Program-made: the position numbers and the translations under genes
Virus record (IMG/VR): IMGVR_UViG_3300010373_000009
Location: 1 to 63,032 of that record
Direction: 5' to 3' (one strand)
From: a virus
Taxonomy: Duplodnaviria > Caudoviricetes
DNA length: 63,032 nt
In this document: positions 19,427 through 26,789 of the stretch, one piece after another
Position numbering within the stretch: the first letter of the stretch is position 1
How the letters are laid out: the number at the start of each line of letters is the position of its first letter
Notes under the pieces: model-generated
Database searches by the model: none
Told to the model about the DNA's origin: nothing
The model's input: only the letters and a program-made list of their open reading frames with translations

Positions 19427-19738
19427 TTATTGTACCGTGACGCTGACCGAGGTCGGGATCTGTACGGTCAGGGGCTGGACCGTAGGCGCCGAGACGATAA
19501 TACCACTCTGGGAAACCGCCGGCCCGATCGGAGCCGCCGTGGCGTCCTGGGCCTGCACTGTTAGGGTATAGGTGTCGGGAGTTACACTCGAAAACACGGC
19601 GGTGCCCGTCCCCGGATCGAGGAGCTGCGAATACATATTCGAGCCCGTCCCTACCAGACGAACCAGAATTTTGGATACCGCAGTGCCCGCCGGATTCGAG
19701 AAACTACCGTAGCTGATTCCTGCATTGACATTCGACAT
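19427..19738 (-). CDS. Small Ig/Fn3-like beta protein
   Basis: 103 aa, beta-rich, with VFSSVTPDTYTLTVQA. RBS present. Confidence 0.6.
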   Translation of the reverse strand: MSNVNAGISYGSFSNPAGTAVSKILVRLVGTGSNMYSQLLDPGTGTAVFSSVTPDTYTLTVQAQDATAAPIGPAVSQSGIIVSAPTVQPLTVQIPTSVSVTVQ

Positions 19739-19746
19739 GATAGTCC

Positions 19747-20439
19747 TCAGTTGCTCAAGGGGTAAGTGAAGGTAAAGCCCGGCCCGATTCCCTTCGTACC
19801 GCTAGCCGTCCAGTTATTGCCATAGGTAGCCAGCGTCCCGCTAGCTACAACCGCGTAAATCTGCACGTTGGTCCCAACTACCGAGCACACGGCAGCGAAG
19901 CTGAGCGTGCCGTTATCCTCCATGTTATAACAGGGTATGATTCGGGAAGTGGCCGGCTGTATCGCTACCGGTAGACCACTAAAGGAGGTGCTGGCAGCGT
20001 TCGAGGTACACGTTATCCCGGCACCGGAATAGGAAACGGTAGCCAGGTTTCCGATGATACTATAGCTCATCGTCCCCGTAGGGGACGTGGTGCAGCCGCC
20101 ATTTAAAGTGGCGGTAAAGGTACCGCTACTACCGCTACTGCCGCTGACGGTCTGGCAACCGAAGGCGTGCGTAGTGGTAGAATAGCTCAGTGCTTGAGTA
20201 GCACTTCCACAATTCGGTACGCTCGCCGCTTGCGGTGCGCCGGCCGTTCCCTGCAATACCTGATCACTCGATAGCAGGACACCGCCGAGAGACCCTCCGG
20301 TGTTATACTGCACGGAATTTGTGCTACCGCCCGGCGATGCCCCGCCTCCGCCGTTCGGTCCGCCTCCGTTGATCCCGGACGATTGGGCAAGGGCTACCGT
20401 CGCGACGAGTGATAGCAAAAAAGTCAACAGCTTCTTCAT
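19747..20439 (-). CDS. Fibre-like protein with signal peptide
   Basis: MKKLLTFLLSLVATVALA|Q. PGGSTNSVQYN..G.LGG motif. Shares a Cys-pair module with 17699..19411. Confidence 0.72.
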   Translation of the reverse strand: MKKLLTFLLSLVATVALAQSSGINGGGPNGGGGASPGGSTNSVQYNTGGSLGGVLLSSDQVLQGTAGAPQAASVPNCGSATQALSYSTTTHAFGCQTVSGSSGSSGTFTATLNGGCTTSPTGTMSYSIIGNLATVSYSGAGITCTSNAASTSFSGLPVAIQPATSRIIPCYNMEDNGTLSFAAVCSVVGTNVQIYAVVASGTLATYGNNWTASGTKGIGPGFTFTYPLSN

Positions 20440-20765
20440 CTCGCAGCTCCCGACTGAGTTACGGTCATCGTTACGCTACCCGCACCAGCTGTCTGTCGAC
20501 ACCGAACGGCTGCGACGGGAGCGTCAAGGGAGCCTGCCTCGTTATCGACGGCGCCGACTAGATTTGCGGCTGCTTGAAACCAGTTCGCGGTATTGGGATT
20601 GAACGCGGGGTCCCAAATGTTATCATTCGTCCATTCGACCGTATAGGTCGCTACTCCGGTTACGATGCAGGACATCGTTACAGAGAACGGATTTAGGTAC
20701 TGATCGAGGGGAACGGGAGCCGTAGCCGTCCCGGTCCCCGCAGTGGAAACTCGTACTGGGCGCAT
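20436..20765 (-). CDS. Small beta-rich structural protein
   Basis: 109 aa with GGAGG RBS, in the capsid operon. Confidence 0.7.
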   Translation of the reverse strand: MRPVRVSTAGTGTATAPVPLDQYLNPFSVTMSCIVTGVATYTVEWTNDNIWDPAFNPNTANWFQAAANLVGAVDNEAGSLDAPVAAVRCRQTAGAGSVTMTVTQSGAAR

Positions 20766-20811
20766 AGCGACCTCCTAGCCGCAAGCCGTCCTTGGCTTTG
20801 CGAGACTGTAG

Positions 20812-21570
20812 TTAGGCTTGAGTGACGCCGAGAGCCCCGGCCCGAGTCGCCTGGGGGCCTACCGCCGTCGAAGGTAGCAGAATACCCATAACGAGTCGCC
20901 TTGCCCCATTCGAGGCCGAAGACGGCTTGTAAGTACCCCGCACGTCCCCGGTAGCCGAAGTCGCCGGAGTCGTCGCGTCCGCCGCTACGAAGGTTCCGGC
21001 ATCGGCGGCGAGCGCTCCGGCCCAGCCCGCGCGATCTACATACCCTGCATCCGAACAGATCACCGGCAGACCGAGAACATCGGAGCTGCCCGCACTGGTG
21101 TTCGTCGCGACCGCAGCGCTGACCGCGATCTGAGTAACCTGGTAGAATGCCTTTAGGGTATTGACCGTGTTCGCGTTCGGACCGTTTAGAGTCGCGGACA
21201 TCGCTTGTCCGTAGACGTCATAGCCCGAAACGGTAAAGACTACCGCCGAGATATTACCCGCCGAGGTCAGACTGACCGCCCGAGGAACATCGAACTGGTA
21301 AGCCGCTGTGCCGTCCGGTCGGACGACTTTCGTTACTCCAGCCGCCGCCGCCAGGGCCAGGTTGCCGGCTCCCGCCGTTGTCTGGAGGGCCGCGAGATTC
21401 GCGGTTGCCGCCGTAACCGGAACGATATCATAGACGTACTCGCGACCGAGGGGGCCGATACCCCGCGTCTGTTCGGATGAGCCCGCCGTATCGTTCGCAG
21501 CCTGGAGGCCCGGAATCGCGGGGCCACCCGCGACGACCGGACCGATCATCAGGTTATCATCGAATTGCAT
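20812..21570 (-). CDS. Putative capsid decoration/auxiliary structural protein
   Basis: 252 aa, Ala/Thr-rich, with FDVPRAV and VSGYDVYGQ. Directly after the major capsid gene with a strong RBS. Confidence 0.6.
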   Translation of the reverse strand: MQFDDNLMIGPVVAGGPAIPGLQAANDTAGSSEQTRGIGPLGREYVYDIVPVTAATANLAALQTTAGAGNLALAAAAGVTKVVRPDGTAAYQFDVPRAVSLTSAGNISAVVFTVSGYDVYGQAMSATLNGPNANTVNTLKAFYQVTQIAVSAAVATNTSAGSSDVLGLPVICSDAGYVDRAGWAGALAADAGTFVAADATTPATSATGDVRGTYKPSSASNGARRLVMGILLPSTAVGPQATRAGALGVTQA

Positions 21571-21625
21571 GCTGATCTCCTACGCTGTGAAGGGAGAGGC
21601 CCCCGAGAGCCAGGAGCCTTCCGCC

Positions 21626-22546
21626 TTACATGCCCGGCGTGCCGTAGAGGCAGCGGGGATCGGTCCAGCCCGGAATGTACCGCTCCGTGCTCTTATAGCG
21701 CATGGAGTCCGTCTCGAAGTCGCCTTCCATCGACTTCTCCAGAGGCCGGCGCATCGCGAGCTTCAGACCCTGCTTGACATCGGTCTGGATGAACCAGGCC
21801 GTCTGCGAGGTCATGCGCGTGATATTCGCCTGCCCCTTCGACAAGAGCCCCATGCTCTTGACCGGGTTGATGTCGTTGTTCGCGGTCCCGGCACGGAGCA
21901 CGCTCTTCAGCAGTACCTCGGCCTGGAAGACGAGCGACGGACCATCCACGATCTGAAGAGGCACCAGCCGGATGCGCTTACCGTTGTTATCGACGGCGTT
22001 GCGAATCTGGATGAGCATCTGCTCCAGACTGGTCTGCGAGAGAGCGGCGGCGGTGGTCAGCTGATTGCTGAAGCTCCCGGCCGGCGGCGCGAGCGGATGA
22101 TTCGGAGAGATCAGCGGAACGCCGTCGCCACCGGGGAACGACGCATTGAACGCCGTATTCAGGACGTTGGCGCAGAGCGTTTCCTTGGTCTCAATCAGGG
22201 ACTGCGCCAGATGCTCGGCGTAGATGTTCCCGATCCGGATATGGTCTCCATCCTCGACGAGCACCTTCGTCAGTGCGAACGCCAGGCCATACACCTGGTA
22301 GACGTAACGCATGATGAAGAGCACGCCACCCGAGTCGTAGGTCACGGGCGTACCGTCCGGCAGAGCCGGCGCGGCGCCCATGCCGAAGAGGACGGGTTCC
22401 TCGTGATAGTTGCGGGGAGTGCCACGGAACTCGCGGAAGATCATCTTCCACTCGTCGGCACGTTGGTCGTAGATTCCATCGAACGTCTCGTTCAGGATCG
22501 GTTCGACGATTGACCGAAAGTCGGTACTTCTCATCGGAACGGCCAT
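21626..22546 (-). CDS. Major capsid protein
   Basis: 306 aa with AGGAG RBS and high-GC3 codon usage. Motifs GGDGVPL....HP, LSQTSLEQ, AWFIQTD, DFETDSMRYK..ERY..GWTDPR..YG. Confidence 0.85.
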   Translation of the reverse strand: MAVPMRSTDFRSIVEPILNETFDGIYDQRADEWKMIFREFRGTPRNYHEEPVLFGMGAAPALPDGTPVTYDSGGVLFIMRYVYQVYGLAFALTKVLVEDGDHIRIGNIYAEHLAQSLIETKETLCANVLNTAFNASFPGGDGVPLISPNHPLAPPAGSFSNQLTTAAALSQTSLEQMLIQIRNAVDNNGKRIRLVPLQIVDGPSLVFQAEVLLKSVLRAGTANNDINPVKSMGLLSKGQANITRMTSQTAWFIQTDVKQGLKLAMRRPLEKSMEGDFETDSMRYKSTERYIPGWTDPRCLYGTPGM

Positions 22547-22583
22547 GTAATTCTCCTAACGCTAAAGTTGTGGGAAACCCAGA

Positions 22584-23246
22584 TCAGTAGGACGACTGCT
22601 GTACCCGATCCGGGTGAGCGGCAATCCGAACCTGGACGATCGTGAAAGCATCGCCCGGTGCGTTATCCGCTCGCTGGGAGAATCCCACGATGGAGAGCTG
22701 GTTGAACTTGCCGGTCTGATCGAGAGAGTTCGCGGTCGTGACGTCGAGCCCAACGGACGAGAACCCGGTGGTTGCGTTACCCGAGTTCGTGTTGTTGGCC
22801 GTAATCGATGCCTGGGCCCCGATGTTAGCCGCCGCGACTGGCCCATTGGCCTGAATCTCGTAGACCATCTCCGGATCGCGAGTAAACCAGGCGACGATGT
22901 TCGTCGCGACGGTGCCCGCAGGCCAGTAGTTCGATACGGTACGCCGGCCGGTCGCGGTCAGCGTAAATTCGACTCCTTGGAACGAACCGATGATCTGCTG
23001 GGCTTTGGTGGAAGCCGCCGCGCCCGCAGCGCCCTGAGCCGGAACGATGATCAGATTCCCCGAGGGGGTCTGAGAATCGATCTGAACGGGGCCGTTCGCG
23101 AAGATGTTGGTGTTGTAGCCCGATGCAATCGTGCCACCGCCTCCGAAGAGGCCACCGCCTGAAGAGTAGGCATTCGCCGCCGGGCGCAGGATGCCAGACG
23201 GCGAATACAGGGGCCGCATCCCAAAAGGACTGTAGTTAAGAGACAT
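22584..23246 (-). CDS. Putative capsid cement/minor capsid protein
   Basis: 220 aa with PFGMRP...DPEMVYEIQA..GN..TGFS. Immediately upstream of the major capsid gene. Confidence 0.6.
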   Translation of the reverse strand: MSLNYSPFGMRPLYSPSGILRPAANAYSSGGGLFGGGGTIASGYNTNIFANGPVQIDSQTPSGNLIIVPAQGAAGAAASTKAQQIIGSFQGVEFTLTATGRRTVSNYWPAGTVATNIVAWFTRDPEMVYEIQANGPVAAANIGAQASITANNTNSGNATTGFSSVGLDVTTANSLDQTGKFNQLSIVGFSQRADNAPGDAFTIVQVRIAAHPDRVQQSSY

Positions 23247-23276
23247 GGAGGACTCCGATTAAGGAATTGACCTCCG

Positions 23277-23858
23277 CTAATCCCCCCACTGCTCGTCTTG
23301 CGAGAAGGTGGGGACTTCGCGGGCCTTCCCCAGTTCTTCCATCCCAGACTCGATAACGGGAGCTTTGATGCCCCCTCCGCGTTTGGCGGACTGCCCGGCC
23401 TGCTCGGTCGCTTCTGTCATCGCCCGTGCGTAGATAGCTTCCTCCTCGCGCTGCGGAGCGTCGTGATGATTCTCACGCATATACGCTTCGTAGAGGTGAA
23501 GGGGTATCTTCATCGCGATCATCTCGTTTACGGAGATCGCGCCGGGGAAGTCCCCCGACTTCGCCCCGAGATGTTCCCAACCGGGAATATCCGTGGCCTT
23601 GATGATCTCGTATCCGAGACGGACGCGCCGGTGAACCGGGTCGCGCGGGTTCTGAGTTGTCGCCCAGAAGGTATGATATCCGGGAATCTTCGGTAGGTCC
23701 GGAAGTGAGGACTGGAAGAATGAACGACGGAACTCATCAACGCGCTCGTCGTCGGTCAGTTCCCGATTTTCGGTGATCTCGCGACTTTCTGCCGCGCGAT
23801 CTCGTCGGGATTCGGCCATCTCTCTCGCACGTTTTACGGGTTTACGAATTGCTGCCAT
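23277..23858 (-). CDS. Conserved head-region hypothetical protein
   Basis: 193 aa with LP..PGYH.FW...R.RLGYE and AMKIP. Lies between scaffold and capsid genes. Confidence 0.7.
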   Translation of the reverse strand: MAAIRKPVKRAREMAESRRDRAAESREITENRELTDDERVDEFRRSFFQSSLPDLPKIPGYHTFWATTQNPRDPVHRRVRLGYEIIKATDIPGWEHLGAKSGDFPGAISVNEMIAMKIPLHLYEAYMRENHHDAPQREEEAIYARAMTEATEQAGQSAKRGGGIKAPVIESGMEELGKAREVPTFSQDEQWGD

Positions 23859-23884
23859 TTTCAGCTCCTAACTGAAGCTACTGA

Positions 23885-25024
23885 TTAAGACTGCCGCCGG
23901 CGCTTCGCTTCGTCATCGTAACGAGCGAAGGACCGAAGGTACCTGTTTCGCAGAACGGGGTCTTCCCAAACTCCCATCTCTTCCATAGCCTGTCGACGCT
24001 CTGCGGAAACGTAAACTTCACCCTTCTTCAGGGTACGCTCGCGACCGCCTGTACGGAACGCGGGGCCTCCTTTTCCATTGCGCTTCTGTTCCTTGCTTTC
24101 CTTGCCGGCTTGACGACGATCGACCTCGCGGTCGCGATCATCCTCGCTATCGTCGTCGAAATCACCGTCATCCTCGTCGTCGCGATCGGCACTCCCGCCC
24201 GACTCGAAGCGATGAGGGAGGTACTTCGCGAGACGCTTCTTGTACTCTTCCCAGTACGCATCGGAGCGTGGATCGAGCCGCCGTTCCTGGTAGAGTCCTT
24301 CCTCGATGGTCTTCGCGATGCGCGAATCCGGGTCACGAAGCTGGGGATCGTACCAGGAATTGTCCGTAATCCATTCCCGGGCGCGCTCGGCAATGATCGG
24401 GTCTGGTCGCGGGGCATCACGGCGGGTCGCCGTTGCTGCCGCACGGCGCTTGGCCTCTTCGAGCTGGGCCTTGCCGCGAACGAGGTCATCTCGGATACGG
24501 AGCGCTTCCGTCGCACTGTTGCCGTCGCCCTTCTCAACCGCCTGGCCGTGAATCTGCTCCGCGAGCCTGATCTGGTCATCGACCTGCGCAATGCGCGAAT
24601 CGATCGTCAGTTGCTCGGTGGCCGCGACTCGTTGATCTACTCCGGAGAACCGACGCTCCAGGTCTTCATTGCGGCGCCGGAGGAAATTCAGCTCTGTCTG
24701 ATCCCTGCGATACTGTTCCTTGCGCTGCTTGCGTTCGGCTCGGCGCCGCTCGCGCTTGGCGCGAACCTCTGGTGTAAGGTCCTCGTCACTCTCTTCATCG
24801 TCGGCGTGACCGGCGCGGCGATCATCTCCTTTGACAAACCCCTCCTCGTCGTCCTGCTGGCCTCCCTTCGATCGAATGTCTCCTTTGTCATCGATCTCGA
24901 CCTCGCGGTCGGCTTCGGAGGCCACTCCGTCTTTGGCTCCCGGGCCTACGGCCGTAAACTGTTCCTCCTGATTCTCGTCGGCTTGCTGGCCGTTTGCCTG
25001 TTGCTGTGCTTGCTGCTTCGCCAT
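23885..25024 (-). CDS. Putative scaffolding protein
   Basis: 379 aa, highly charged coiled coil, W...N.WY motif and a C-terminal helix. Upstream of capsid genes. Confidence 0.65.
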   Translation of the reverse strand: MAKQQAQQQANGQQADENQEEQFTAVGPGAKDGVASEADREVEIDDKGDIRSKGGQQDDEEGFVKGDDRRAGHADDEESDEDLTPEVRAKRERRRAERKQRKEQYRRDQTELNFLRRRNEDLERRFSGVDQRVAATEQLTIDSRIAQVDDQIRLAEQIHGQAVEKGDGNSATEALRIRDDLVRGKAQLEEAKRRAAATATRRDAPRPDPIIAERAREWITDNSWYDPQLRDPDSRIAKTIEEGLYQERRLDPRSDAYWEEYKKRLAKYLPHRFESGGSADRDDEDDGDFDDDSEDDRDREVDRRQAGKESKEQKRNGKGGPAFRTGGRERTLKKGEVYVSAERRQAMEEMGVWEDPVLRNRYLRSFARYDDEAKRRRQS

Positions 25025-25044
25025 TTGTCAACTCCGATCTGAAG

Positions 25045-25506
25045 TTAGTAGATATAGGCGACGATGTCGAGGACCTTGGACTCGGGCACTTCGCCCTTGA
25101 GGTCCGTATCCTTAAAGAGACAGAAGAGCGCCTTGCCATCGGGATGGCCGGGAACGTCTACCCACCAGCGATCTCCGCCGTACTTCGGAACCCGACAGAA
25201 CATGCCGGGATGAGCCCAGGCCCCCTCGGGCCACGGCTCTAACGTATCTCGATTGCGGAACGCAACCGGTCCGACCGCAATGACCTTCGCGACCTGCGTA
25301 TTCCACATATCGGTCTCGCGCGCTTCATCGGGGACATAGATGCCCCCTTTCGATCGAGTGCGAGGGGTACGCATTTGAACGAGAACGTCAGAGCCAAAGG
25401 GGCGAAGGGAAGGGTCAGCTTTCGGGAAAGCTTGATCGAGCGAATCGTAATCGGCCGCGACTGTGCGCGGTCTCTCAGCGGCTACGATTCTTGTTTCGGC
25501 TTTCAT
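25045..25506 (-). CDS. GroES-like co-chaperonin
   Basis: LRPFGSDVLV...RSKGGIYVPD...AKVIAVGP...KYGG matches the Cpn10 pattern. Confidence 0.85.
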   Translation of the reverse strand: MKAETRIVAAERPRTVAADYDSLDQAFPKADPSLRPFGSDVLVQMRTPRTRSKGGIYVPDEARETDMWNTQVAKVIAVGPVAFRNRDTLEPWPEGAWAHPGMFCRVPKYGGDRWWVDVPGHPDGKALFCLFKDTDLKGEVPESKVLDIVAYIY

Positions 25507-25693
25507 TATCTTGGTCGGACTCCGATAGTACGGCTTCGATGGCTTCTCTGGCTATCTGAAGGCCAAGCTGGATACCGCAGGCTCGCCCATACCCGAACTC
25601 GGTTTTCTCTGAGTCTTTCGGGTCGAGTGATTCTAATGCGGCCTTAGCTTTCGCCTCCTCCAGCCGTTCGAGACACCGTTGCACGGCGGACAT
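25475..25693 (-). CDS. Small conserved hypothetical protein
   Basis: About 72 aa from MSAVQR, with FGYGRACG...GL..A. Start uncertain. Confidence 0.55.
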   Translation of the reverse strand: MSAVQRCLERLEEAKAKAALESLDPKDSEKTEFGYGRACGIQLGLQIAREAIEAVLSESDQDNESRNKNRSR

Positions 25694-25746
25694 ACTAGCC
25701 TTAGCGGACAAGGCTTGCAAGTTTCTCTCCGGGTGGATAGGGTAGG

Positions 25747-26136
25747 TTAGTATCGGTTACGGGTACCTCCCGTAGAACCTCCACCGCCGAATCCATGCTT
25801 CGCACTGCGGTCGTGACCGCCGTCCGTTCCGACATTCTCATGCCGGTGCGAAGTATGTTCGACTGTGTTGTGGCCCTTCGTATGGTGAACCGACTTTCCG
25901 CCGTGATCTCCGCCACGCGGAAAGCCCCGCGTATCGTCGTGGCTATGACCGCCTCGATGATCCTGGGGGTGGTGTGAGTTGACGTCCTTATGTCCGTGAT
26001 GATCCGCATGCTCGTGCATATGGGCATGACCGCCCTTCGAATAGCGGTTGCGCGTGCCGCCCGTGCCCGAGTGAGACTCGTTCCCGGTGGACTCTCCCTG
26101 AGCGAGCTTATAGTGTTGCCGAGTGGCTTCCGTCAT
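25747..26136 (-). CDS. His/Gly-rich low-complexity protein
   Basis: 129 aa with AGGAG RBS. GGTRNRY occurs twice, plus YSKGG and FPRGG. Confidence 0.7.
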   Translation of the reverse strand: MTEATRQHYKLAQGESTGNESHSGTGGTRNRYSKGGHAHMHEHADHHGHKDVNSHHPQDHRGGHSHDDTRGFPRGGDHGGKSVHHTKGHNTVEHTSHRHENVGTDGGHDRSAKHGFGGGGSTGGTRNRY

Positions 26137-26199
26137 TTTAATGAACTCCTAGTTTGAGCAGTAGGGCTACCAGTGCTAGTATGACTCCCAACAGCCAGC

Positions 26200-26580
26200 C
26201 TACTTGACTGTGAGAGTTGCCGGAGGGTTTGGCGTACCGAAGCTCTTGCAAGCCTCGTTCGATTTTGCCGACTCTATTCCATTAACCACAGCGGTAATCT
26301 TACCGCATACCGTCTCGCCATCCGTATAGCCCGAGGTCGTAACGGTCAGCGCCGTTACGCCGGTCTGTACCGGTGTGCTCGATTCGCTGCCGGGACCTCC
26401 AGAGCCAACGTAGAGATTGTATGTAATAGACGACGTGCTCGGGATCGCGGTACCGTCTGTAAAGGTAGTCGGCGCCCCCCACGCCCAGGTACTGGTATTC
26501 GTGCTCGCTGTCTGTGCGAGCGCAACCGCGGAAAGTACCGCGATGGCCGTTGCGGCTAGGATGCCGATAAGATTCTTCAT
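26200..26580 (-). CDS. Secreted Fn3-like protein
   Basis: Signal peptide MKNLIGILAATAIAVLSAVALA|Q. W.AP...DGT.I...YNLY...ESAKSNEAC Fn3-like pattern. Confidence 0.7.
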   Translation of the reverse strand: MKNLIGILAATAIAVLSAVALAQTASTNTSTWAWGAPTTFTDGTAIPSTSSITYNLYVGSGGPGSESSTPVQTGVTALTVTTSGYTDGETVCGKITAVVNGIESAKSNEACKSFGTPNPPATLTVK

Positions 26581-26789
26581 ACGACGATTGCTCCTATGTG
26601 TTTCAGTGCCCAGAACGACGCCTCTTCCGCCTTAGTTATCGCGAGAGAAAGTTCACGCGAGTTACCGAGACGGCGGAGACAAGAGATTAGATTATCGGTC
26701 AGCTCCGCGACCTCCGCGGCCTGGAGCTGTTGTTCGATCGAGAGCGGCTTATCCTTATTGCGTCCCGACTCATCGCGTTCGATTTTCAC
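26577..26789 (-). CDS. Small helical protein with an Acb2/Tad1-like RELSLAITKxEEAxFW motif
   Basis: SRELSLAITKAEEASFWA resembles the helical hairpin of Acb2-like nucleotide-sponge proteins. Coupled to the portal stop. Confidence 0.5.
   Translation of the reverse strand: MKIERDESGRNKDKPLSIEQQLQAAEVAELTDNLISCLRRLGNSRELSLAITKAEEASFWALKHIGAIVV

Noticed and set aside
21569-25042. Long plus-strand ORFs (21569..22513, 24110..25042, also 4276..5265 and 9692..10516)
   Set aside because: Antisense shadows of well-supported GC-rich structural genes, with no motifs.
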